DNA of 64,000 nucleotides from an uncultured Ectothiorhodospiraceae bacterium (GTDB lineage Bacteria; Pseudomonadota; Gammaproteobacteria; S012-40): NCBI GenBank assembly GCA_945787715.1, contig CALZJE010000003.1, positions 6,088 to 70,087 of the forward strand, read 5' to 3'. Shown piece by piece: positions 22,908 to 31,101 of this stretch (position 1 is its first letter; each line of letters starts with the position of its first letter). The notes under the pieces were generated by a model. It saw only the letters and a program-made list of their open reading frames with translations, ran no database searches and was not told where the DNA came from. The position numbers and the translations under genes were made by a program.

Positions 22908-23627
22908 ATGCATGATTTAGATCAGACCCAACTCGATTATAGCCGTGCAGAGTTTGATGATGACGAGTTTGAGTTAGAAGGGGAGTTCGAAAATGATATG
23001 GCTGTGTCAGGTGCTGATGAATATGAGGATGAGGATGAGTTTGAAAGTGAATATGAGTTCGAATCCAACTTTGATGGAAACAGTCCTTTTAGTGAAGCAG
23101 AGGAAATGGAGCTTGCTGCGGAATTAATGGAAATTGCAGACGATGGGGAATTGGAATATTTTCTAGGTAGGCTGATTAAACGCGGCGCTCGACGGGTTGG
23201 TCGTAGGCTACGTAAACGTGTAGGTACACGGTTGAGAAAGGGGTTAAAAAGACTTGCTAAACGCGGTTTGAGATTCGCAGGTGGAGCTGTTGGTGGTGCG
23301 TTAGGTGGTCCTGTTGGAGCCGTGGTAGGACGAGCTGCGGGTCGTGGATTGGGAAAAGTGTTTGGACTTGAATTAGAAGGTATGAGTCTGGAAGACCAAG
23401 AGTTTGAAGCAGCGCGTCAATTTGTTCGGCTTGCAGGTGATGCTACCTCTACTGCAACAGCAATTCCCTCTTCTGTTAATGAAGAAGTTGTTGCTCACAA
23501 GGCGCTGAAAAGATCAGTGGTAAAATTTGCACCGGGACTCGCAGGTAAAACCAGACGCTCTGTTCGTGGAGAAAAATCTGGACGCTGGGTTCGTAAAGGT
23601 TCTAGCATCATTCTAATGGGTGTTTGA
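22908..23627 (+). CDS. Hypothetical protein with a strongly acidic N-terminal half and an Arg/Lys-rich amphipathic glycine-zipper C-terminal half
   Basis: Residues ~1-90 are extremely acidic (DEFELEGEFEND…EYEDEDEFESEYEFESNF). Then comes RLIKRGARRVGRRLRKRVGTRLRKGLKRLAKRGLRFAGGAVGGALGGPVGAVVGRAAGRGLG, cationic with a GxxxG zipper. No signal peptide. Confidence 0.6.
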   Translation: MHDLDQTQLDYSRAEFDDDEFELEGEFENDMAVSGADEYEDEDEFESEYEFESNFDGNSPFSEAEEMELAAELMEIADDGELEYFLGRLIKRGARRVGRRLRKRVGTRLRKGLKRLAKRGLRFAGGAVGGALGGPVGAVVGRAAGRGLGKVFGLELEGMSLEDQEFEAARQFVRLAGDATSTATAIPSSVNEEVVAHKALKRSVVKFAPGLAGKTRRSVRGEKSGRWVRKGSSIILMGV

Positions 23628-24946
23628 GTCCCATGACTACCCCGCTGGTACGACAAGTTCTGAGCAATGAGACTCAAGCACTGATGGCTCGTCTCAGAGG
23701 AATTAAGCCGTTTTCCTTACATGTGCCGATGGTTGCTGCCGCTGCTTTGCAAACTTCAGCTCAACAATTGATAGAGCAGCATATGCACAGGGTATTGTCG
23801 TCAGTCGCTCAGATGCTCGGAACATATGAAGACTGGTTAAATAGTGAGGCGGGGCGTCGAACCAAAGATGCCACTGCACAGCGACATCTAACACTGGTGA
23901 GATTGCGTTTCCATGCAGCATTGACGCAGTTTGATCTTTTTTCAGATGTACTTACTCAGCGTAGTGAACATGAGTTTGGTGTCTGGCTCGCTGGACTTGA
24001 TGCACTAGCAGTGGATGCATTAAAAATAGAAGGAAAATACTTCGAACTGCCAGGTGTCGCGTGTTATCTAGATCGAGGAATAGGTGCTGCTATTCGACGG
24101 GTACGTACACGCTTACCTGGCGGGCGTGAAAATCCTGTTGCTATAATTCGAGTTCCTCGTGAGCGGATGATTGGCTCAGGCATCGCTTCATCGTTGGTTC
24201 ATGAAGTCGGGCATCAGGGTGCTGCGTTGCTAAACCTTGTGGAATCATTACGAAAGGAATTGCAGAGAAAAATTCATTCTGACGGATCGCCGTGGCGTTT
24301 ATGGCAACAATGGATATCAGAAATCATTGCTGACTTTTGGTCTGTAGCGCAGATCGGTGTGGGTTCTACTTTGGGTTTAATGGGTGTTGTTAGCTTACCG
24401 CGTGCATTTGTATTTAGAATTAGTGAAGAGGATCCTCATCCTTCACCGTGGATACGAGTCATGTTGAGTGCATCGATTGGCCAAGCCCTTTATCCGGATT
24501 CTCAATGGCGTCGTCTTCGTGAAGTTTGGATGCGTCTTTATCCGCGCACAGGTATCGATCCGGAAAAGGAACAACTGTTTCAAGGTTTGGAAGCTACGAT
24601 ACAGGAGTTTGTTGAGTTATTAACTCAACATCGGCCACGAACACTAGAAGGGATATCATTGTTAGAAATTTTCCCTGTTTCAGATAGACAACCAGATCGG
24701 TTAAGAAACTTATATGGTCAATGGTCAGGGAGGTTTAACGCTTGGCGCACCTCGTCCCCGGCGTTAGCGTTTGCCGTTATCGGACAAGCACGCGCTGATG
24801 ATCGACTAAGTGTATCAGATGAATCGAATCTTATTAATAGACTATTAAACCATTGGGCATTCAATCGAAATGATTTAAATAATCAATGCGGATGTAGACC
24901 TAAGGCGAATGCATATTCAACTGCAGTTATATCTACTGCGTTATAA
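23624..24946 (+). CDS. Hypothetical protein with an HEXXH motif (possible zinc-metallopeptidase-like)
   Basis: 440 aa. The only recognisable motif is SSLVHEVGHQGAAL. Start overlaps the upstream stop (ATGA), implying translational coupling. Confidence 0.55.
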   Translation: MSPMTTPLVRQVLSNETQALMARLRGIKPFSLHVPMVAAAALQTSAQQLIEQHMHRVLSSVAQMLGTYEDWLNSEAGRRTKDATAQRHLTLVRLRFHAALTQFDLFSDVLTQRSEHEFGVWLAGLDALAVDALKIEGKYFELPGVACYLDRGIGAAIRRVRTRLPGGRENPVAIIRVPRERMIGSGIASSLVHEVGHQGAALLNLVESLRKELQRKIHSDGSPWRLWQQWISEIIADFWSVAQIGVGSTLGLMGVVSLPRAFVFRISEEDPHPSPWIRVMLSASIGQALYPDSQWRRLREVWMRLYPRTGIDPEKEQLFQGLEATIQEFVELLTQHRPRTLEGISLLEIFPVSDRQPDRLRNLYGQWSGRFNAWRTSSPALAFAVIGQARADDRLSVSDESNLINRLLNHWAFNRNDLNNQCGCRPKANAYSTAVISTAL

Positions 24947-24957
24947 GGAGTCTTGTA

Positions 24958-26826
24958 ATGAAACAAATAGATAATATATCGATTATACAATCTCACCATG
25001 CCGTAGTGCCGGACGGTGCAGTTTCTCTACGCTTATCAGAGAACTATGTAGATGTAACAAAGTACACATATATTTGGCGTACTCCTGAATCGTTGGGTGA
25101 GTTTAATTATATTGATCAACCCAATGTTATATGGACCGCTCCATTAAAAGCAGCAGGTGTGGTAGAAATAAGCGTAGAGATTATGCCTAAAAGCGGACAG
25201 AGTGGAGGTAAGAAACGCAATACACGTGCTTCATCGGAAAATTCCACGGCTGAATCTACACATCTCGAAAATATAGAGACAATAATCATCTCAACTACGG
25301 TGGAAGTTACGCCAAATGCTTTGCCTTTAGATGTAGTTGGTGCGATTGGAGAAGGTGTTAAGGCTATCAAAGAGGGTCTACCCGGTCAGGAAATACGTTT
25401 GGAGCGACAATTTCCTGCGCTTACGCCTCAAAAATCATTGTGGGCTATTATTCGCGACCGTACCAATGCAATTTCATTTAACAATTACAAAGCATTTATC
25501 GACTCGATTATGTGTGGCGGTGATACCTATCACAGCAAACAGATTCCCCATGAAGTTAAAGAATATGTCAATTTTGATCCGAGTAAATTGCACTACCGAG
25601 GTACCGAGTCGTATGAGGTTTTACGAAAAGCGACAGAAGCATTTCTGATGCATGAAATTGGTGCTTTACCCACTCCCGTAAATGAATCTGAAAAATTTCC
25701 CTTAGCAGACCCTGCTGAACAAAAACGGCGTTTACCACAACTCGCGGGTTCAAATGACGAAGAAGTTCAAATGGAAATGGAAAGTAATCGAACTGAATAT
25801 TTAAAAACATTGGAAGACGAAAGTCGGACCTTTCCTTATTTTAAACTTATCCGCGATCGTTTAAGTGAGATACCCCTTAAACCTCCTGGCTCATCAGGAG
25901 AAGGATGTTATGGATTATTGCGTTCGCGAATTTCACCACCAATTTTACTAGAATTAATCTGGTCTTATTGGCACGAAGAAGGAGGTTTGGTGCAAACAAT
26001 GAAAGCCATTAATATGCGCTTTCAGAACCGTTTATATAATCCACGTAAAAATGGGAGCGATCCGTTGGCTAATCTTAACTTGGATCCGTTACGTCCTATG
26101 AGCAATATTATTTGGGGATATATTCAAAATGAGCACGAGCATTTAACGTTATCAAGACGCGCTTATGAATACGATCATCATTATGGATTCAGTATCGCCG
26201 GAAAGGCAGTACCCAAACTCAACTCTGCCGATAGCCGTACTAAATTTTTAGAGGCGTTTCACAGTCTTCTTCATCGTGCCTCGGTGTTTTACAAAGAGCA
26301 ATCTGATACAACTAAAGTACCCGATGGTTATCCGTTGCTAAATGGATTGAAGGAATGTCATTTGTTGCTGGCTGAAGGTGCACATAACCAATTTGGTGAT
26401 TTACCCTGGACAGCGCGTATTGAAATGCTCATCGAGCAATGGATGTTAGCGCGGCCAGAAACACGGAATTTTTTGAACCGACGAGTGATGGTGCCTTACT
26501 CAGAAGAGTGGATGCCAGCGGTTGATCAAATGAAAGACTTGCAAGGTTGGTCAGGTGGTACCGTGCGTCATTTTCGAGATCTAGGAACGTTCGGTGAACA
26601 AATCTTGTTGTCAGTACGTTATGGAGATTGGAGTGAAAATTTTAATGAAGATGAAGCCAAAATCTGGGCTCAGTATTGGCGACAGGAGATTCAAGGTTAT
26701 ATCAATGCGTATCGTTCAGTAACGAGTGTAGACTTGGGATCGGATGCAGATCTGGCAAATGCTACGCTATCTCGTCAACGATCGACTGCACCTGCCGAGT
26801 TATTGAAACAGCAAGGTACTCGTTGA
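24958..26826 (+). CDS. Hypothetical protein (622 aa), no recognisable domain
   Basis: Long ORF in the operon, 12 nt after the previous stop. No signal peptide and no motifs I recognise. Confidence 0.55.
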   Translation: MKQIDNISIIQSHHAVVPDGAVSLRLSENYVDVTKYTYIWRTPESLGEFNYIDQPNVIWTAPLKAAGVVEISVEIMPKSGQSGGKKRNTRASSENSTAESTHLENIETIIISTTVEVTPNALPLDVVGAIGEGVKAIKEGLPGQEIRLERQFPALTPQKSLWAIIRDRTNAISFNNYKAFIDSIMCGGDTYHSKQIPHEVKEYVNFDPSKLHYRGTESYEVLRKATEAFLMHEIGALPTPVNESEKFPLADPAEQKRRLPQLAGSNDEEVQMEMESNRTEYLKTLEDESRTFPYFKLIRDRLSEIPLKPPGSSGEGCYGLLRSRISPPILLELIWSYWHEEGGLVQTMKAINMRFQNRLYNPRKNGSDPLANLNLDPLRPMSNIIWGYIQNEHEHLTLSRRAYEYDHHYGFSIAGKAVPKLNSADSRTKFLEAFHSLLHRASVFYKEQSDTTKVPDGYPLLNGLKECHLLLAEGAHNQFGDLPWTARIEMLIEQWMLARPETRNFLNRRVMVPYSEEWMPAVDQMKDLQGWSGGTVRHFRDLGTFGEQILLSVRYGDWSENFNEDEAKIWAQYWRQEIQGYINAYRSVTSVDLGSDADLANATLSRQRSTAPAELLKQQGTR

Positions 26827-26863
26827 TGCCCATGTTTCACCTCAACTCTTACTACTAGGAGGG

Positions 26864-27694
26864 ATGATAATGTTTGAAGATGGAGATTACGATGATTTAC
26901 GTGAGGAAAAGTTTCTGAACTGGCCAGAAAGGAACAGACCTCCACGCCTAAAAAGTCGGATTGCTGCCCTACATCGTTCTTATTCGCCTGATCCAGTAGG
27001 TCGGGTTCAGCGTAATAACTCAATACGATCAAAAGATGATATGGTGGAATTTAATTTTTCAGGTTTAGAAGTAGACGGATTTATTTCACGAGAGGTAGAA
27101 GATGAACAGTTTCTAAATTATTTATGGCCATTCTCATCAGATCCCAATATTGTGGATCGCACAGCTTATTCACCTAAGTCTAAGCGAAAGAAAATTCGAG
27201 ATATTGATACAGTTTATGCACTGGTTTTACATCAAGCAGGCTTTAGTCGTGGAAATGATCCTAAAAAATATAATAATGTGACTTCTCATTTTGTCATTAT
27301 GCCAAACGGAACTATTCTTCAACTCCACCCTTTGACTGCCTATTTATATTCTTCCAATGGGTTTAATCGGGGTAGTGTAGCTGTTGAATTTATCGGTAAT
27401 TTTCCTAGCGAGCGTGGCAGATGCTGGAAACCTGAAAAGTATGGTTGTAATCAGGTTTCAAACGATCAAATTGAGGCAGGTCGACAATTAATTAGATATT
27501 TAAGGAAAAAAATAGGGCTGACTCACGTGTTGGCGCACCGTCAATCGAGTGGTTCGAGAGGCAATGATCCGGGGCCAGACCTTTGGCACCAAGTTGGGCA
27601 ATGGGGTGTAAATAAGCTAGGGCTAAATGATGGGGGGCATGGTTTTAAAATTCAGTCGGGTAAGGCAATTCCTGATTCATGGCGTAAAACTTAG
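26864..27694 (+). CDS. N-acetylmuramoyl-L-alanine amidase, amidase_2 / PGRP / AmpD fold
   Basis: YALVLHQAG…SHFVIMPNGTILQL…AVEFIGNF…HVLAHRQSSGSRGNDPGPDLW matches the AmpD/T7-lysozyme Zn-amidase signature. There is an ~85-aa N-terminal extension and no signal peptide. RBS AGGAGGGA. Confidence 0.7.
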   Translation: MIMFEDGDYDDLREEKFLNWPERNRPPRLKSRIAALHRSYSPDPVGRVQRNNSIRSKDDMVEFNFSGLEVDGFISREVEDEQFLNYLWPFSSDPNIVDRTAYSPKSKRKKIRDIDTVYALVLHQAGFSRGNDPKKYNNVTSHFVIMPNGTILQLHPLTAYLYSSNGFNRGSVAVEFIGNFPSERGRCWKPEKYGCNQVSNDQIEAGRQLIRYLRKKIGLTHVLAHRQSSGSRGNDPGPDLWHQVGQWGVNKLGLNDGGHGFKIQSGKAIPDSWRKT

Positions 27695-27730
27695 ATCGAA
27701 AAACCATTAAATATAATCATTGAAGGAAAA

Positions 27731-28645
27731 TTGGTGAGAGATATGAGGTCTTATGAAGAACTAAGTAGAGTTTCCCATGAAAATGGCAAAGATAAAGAGT
27801 TTTATTATAAGTCGAAGGTTAGACCGGTTTCTAATTCTATGGGTGATTTTAGTCAACAGGAAATTGTTGACGATTTTGACGATAGAAAAAGACTTGGCAG
27901 TATCAAAGATACACCTTATAGGTGGATATGCATGCTGGATTTGCACACAAAAAGTGGATTATTTGGTGGGACTGGAGTACTCATTTCCCCCAGACACATT
28001 CTTACGGCTGGGCATAACCTAGATGGTTGTAATAAAGTAGTAGTGGTGCCTGGAATTAATGGTCGCTTCAAGCCATTTGGAAGTTACGAATCTACAACGA
28101 TGATTGCCCACGATAAATGGAAAAAACATAGAGACGATAATTTTGATATTGGCATGATAAAACTTTCCAAACCGGTTGGGAATCAAAGGTTTAATTCAAT
28201 AAAGGGAAATGTTCTGGGTCATTGGGGACATTCTGCTTTCGGAATGGGTACGAGAATTATACCATTTGTGCAGAGCAATCAATTAAACAAAAAAGCAAAT
28301 ATTGCTGGTTATCCAAGTGATAAAGGATTTACGCAGCTTTGGTGGGATGCGGGTAAAATTGTCAATACCGCGCCTGCCAAAGCATCAGGAGCAATCTATT
28401 ACACTATGGATACATGTGGTGCTCAAAGTGGAAGTCCAGTTTGGTTAAGAAGTAAAAGTTCAGGAGCAAGATTTTTAATTGCTATACATAGTGGTCCATG
28501 TTTATTAGATGGCTCAGATTGCAAAGAATTATCTGGAAAGCTTTGTCCCGGTAGTAGTTTACGTAAACCACACTCTTCTAATATGGGGGTATTTTTAACA
28601 GCGGGACTAATTAAGACGATTAGAAGTTGGATTCGCTCTATGTAA
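27731..28645 (+). CDS. Trypsin-fold serine protease, S1B (V8 / glutamyl-endopeptidase-like)
   Basis: Catalytic triad contexts are LTAGHNL (His), DIGMIKL (Asp) and GAQSGSPVW (Ser; compare the V8 protease GNSGSPV). There is an N-terminal ~60-aa pro-region and no signal peptide. Confidence 0.65.
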   Translation: MVRDMRSYEELSRVSHENGKDKEFYYKSKVRPVSNSMGDFSQQEIVDDFDDRKRLGSIKDTPYRWICMLDLHTKSGLFGGTGVLISPRHILTAGHNLDGCNKVVVVPGINGRFKPFGSYESTTMIAHDKWKKHRDDNFDIGMIKLSKPVGNQRFNSIKGNVLGHWGHSAFGMGTRIIPFVQSNQLNKKANIAGYPSDKGFTQLWWDAGKIVNTAPAKASGAIYYTMDTCGAQSGSPVWLRSKSSGARFLIAIHSGPCLLDGSDCKELSGKLCPGSSLRKPHSSNMGVFLTAGLIKTIRSWIRSM

Positions 28646-28735
28646 TCGCTATTAGAAATAATACCAAACAAATTTGTTCAACGTTATAAGTATTAAAGGT
28701 TTCGATAACTAACAAGTAAGTGTATTAATGACAGT

Positions 28736-30085
28736 TTATGAATGATTTTCTTGTTGCTTGCGCAACTGTAGCGCTCGCGGCGTAATTTTTAATTGCTTTG
28801 CAATCTTCGCGGTAGAGCCATTATGTTCAGCCATAGCAACATCGATAGCAACATCGGCGGCAGCACTACTAATTTCTTTTAAGCCCACGCCCAGTGAGAG
28901 TGCTTTACGAACAGCGGCTTCAAGATCTCCACGGCGCCAGTCACTCGTTTCTCTTGTGATGTTTTGAAATTCATCGTGGGGTATATCACCGATCGTATAT
29001 TGGCCGTCGCAAACATGACGGCCTCGCATGCGTAAGCAAAGCTGTCGAAGATCACGAATATTACCAGGATAAGCACGATTAATGAGATGGTGCTGTACGG
29101 CTGAGTCGAGTTCTGGATTTATATCATTTTGATGACGGAGGAAATGTTTAGCTAACGATAGAATGTCTTCCTTACGTTGTGAAAGTGATGGCAGCGTAAC
29201 GGTCCAATCTGCGAGACGGTAATAAAGATCACGGCGAAAACGCCCTGCTTCAATTTCTTCTAATAAATTTCGATTTGTAGCGCAGACTAGTCTGAAATCG
29301 GTGTCATGCCATGTGTTGCCACCGACTCGTTTGTAACGTTTTTCTTGAAAAACGCGTAGCAGTTGCACTTGAAGATCCAATGGCAACTCGCCGACTTCGT
29401 CTAGAAATAAGACACCACCGTCGGCCCGCGAAAATGCTCCTTCACGTTGACTACCTGCTCCGGTAAAAGCACCGCGCTCGTGACCAAAAAATTCACTGCC
29501 AGATAGGCTTGGGACAATGGTGGCACAATCTACTATGCTAAGTTCCTGCTGACTACGCAGAGGATCTACGGAATGAATAACTTTTGCAGCGAGTTCTTTT
29601 CCTGTTCCCGTTTCACCGTTAATTAAAACTGCATAATCACTAAATCTCGCGGCTTCAACAATTTGCCTTAAGGCCATTAGCCAAGGTATGCTGTGGCCAA
29701 TGACGATATCTTGTATTTCTGGGGAATTAGTGATTTTATTTACTCTCTCCCAACGACGAAGACGTACTGCAATATGGTCAGCTGTTTTACCTTCGTTGTC
29801 CCATAAGACGACGTCACTCGCGCCAGCTTCAATCAAACGATATACATCGTTACTATTTAGGTAGTCTGGGTTTGTGGTTACTGCGATAACGCGCTGTTGG
29901 GTTCTACAAGAGAATTTAGAAATACAGCTATATACATTGTCATCGGCATGATCGAATACGATAATCGCGGCTTTCGCATTATCTTTTGTATCGTCAATAC
30001 AAAAAATCACGCCTCGATTAATGAGGATTTGATGGATCGAATCGCGATTCACTACACCCAAGCAATTTAGGACTGTCCGTGTCAT
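28736..30085 (-). CDS. Sigma-54-dependent transcriptional activator (bEBP) with an atypical N-terminal receiver-like domain
   Basis: AAA+ domain with GETGTGKE Walker A and the GAFTGA sigma-54 contact motif, plus a C-terminal HTH. The N-terminal ~120 aa are receiver-like but lack the usual acidic pocket. Convergent with the upstream operon. Confidence 0.8.
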   Translation of the reverse strand: MTRTVLNCLGVVNRDSIHQILINRGVIFCIDDTKDNAKAAIIVFDHADDNVYSCISKFSCRTQQRVIAVTTNPDYLNSNDVYRLIEAGASDVVLWDNEGKTADHIAVRLRRWERVNKITNSPEIQDIVIGHSIPWLMALRQIVEAARFSDYAVLINGETGTGKELAAKVIHSVDPLRSQQELSIVDCATIVPSLSGSEFFGHERGAFTGAGSQREGAFSRADGGVLFLDEVGELPLDLQVQLLRVFQEKRYKRVGGNTWHDTDFRLVCATNRNLLEEIEAGRFRRDLYYRLADWTVTLPSLSQRKEDILSLAKHFLRHQNDINPELDSAVQHHLINRAYPGNIRDLRQLCLRMRGRHVCDGQYTIGDIPHDEFQNITRETSDWRRGDLEAAVRKALSLGVGLKEISSAAADVAIDVAMAEHNGSTAKIAKQLKITPRALQLRKQQENHS

Positions 30086-30631
30086 TTGCCACCTCTGGAT
30101 TCACACTGATTTTTTTGGGTATTACATTACCCATCTTATGTTTATTAGCTACCAGGTAATTACACAGAACCCACAAACCATGTAAATCTAGGGTGGTTAT
30201 TTCATTATGAAATTTGTTGAAGAAAGTCAATCAATCATTGAAATATTATTTATCATGGTAGAAAAAAGGTAAAACTTATAACTGTTTTTTTAAATATTGA
30301 TCAGCAATTCGTTACGATATGAAGTAATGTAGTGAAAATTACCAAAACTTAAAAACTGTGCAGTAGTTAGTACTAAACCATTGTTTTCTTAAAACTTACT
30401 TAAGACTATTTAAAGTGAGTTAATCAGAATGTCAGTAGTCGGATAATCCAATCTTCAAGTGTATTATTTCTCTTGCTGTATCCGGCAATTTAAACAACAA
30501 AATGTAGGCCAACACCGATATACATTGAAAGATATTAGATTCACCGCTTAGTTTCGTTTGATATTGGACAAGGCTATTATTTTTAAATTCTCATAATTAC
30601 GATATGATATTCATTTTTATGAATGTGAATT

Positions 30632-31096
30632 ATGTTTATCGTCGCTCTATACGAACCAGAAATCCCACCCAATACAGGAAATATTATTCGGCTTTGTTCA
30701 AATATCGGAGCTGAACTCCACTTGATAAAACCGCTGGGTTTTGATCTGGATGATAAAAAATTACGTCGAGCTGGATTGGACTATAGTGAGTGGGTGGATG
30801 TTAAAATCCACGAAAACTACGATACTTTTCTTGAGTCATTAGGCTCATCACGGATATTTGCATGTTCAACTCACGGTACTAAACGTTATACTGATATGAG
30901 CTATCGAGATGGGGATGTTTTTTTATTTGGGCCAGAGACTCGAGGTTTACCGAAAGAATTACGGTTGGATTTTCCACCAGATCAAGTGATAAAACTCCCT
31001 ATGGTGCCGAATAATCGAAGCCTGAATTTATCTAATGCAACTTCAATTATTTTATATGAAGCGTGGCGGCAGTTAGACTTTATAGGAGCAGAGTAA
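30632..31096 (+). CDS. trmL: tRNA (cytidine/uridine-2'-O)-methyltransferase TrmL (SpoU family)
   Basis: 154 aa. The N-terminal sequence EPEIPPNTGNIIRLC is typical of YibK/TrmL. Confidence 0.8.
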   Translation: MFIVALYEPEIPPNTGNIIRLCSNIGAELHLIKPLGFDLDDKKLRRAGLDYSEWVDVKIHENYDTFLESLGSSRIFACSTHGTKRYTDMSYRDGDVFLFGPETRGLPKELRLDFPPDQVIKLPMVPNNRSLNLSNATSIILYEAWRQLDFIGAE

Positions 31097-31101
31097 AATG
31101 G

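Noticed and set aside
22308-30631. Prophage or integrative element, searched for att sites, integrase or a tRNA at the insert borders.
   Set aside because: No integrase, transposase, tRNA or obvious direct repeats at the boundaries. The insert is real, but its mechanism of acquisition cannot be inferred from the sequence.
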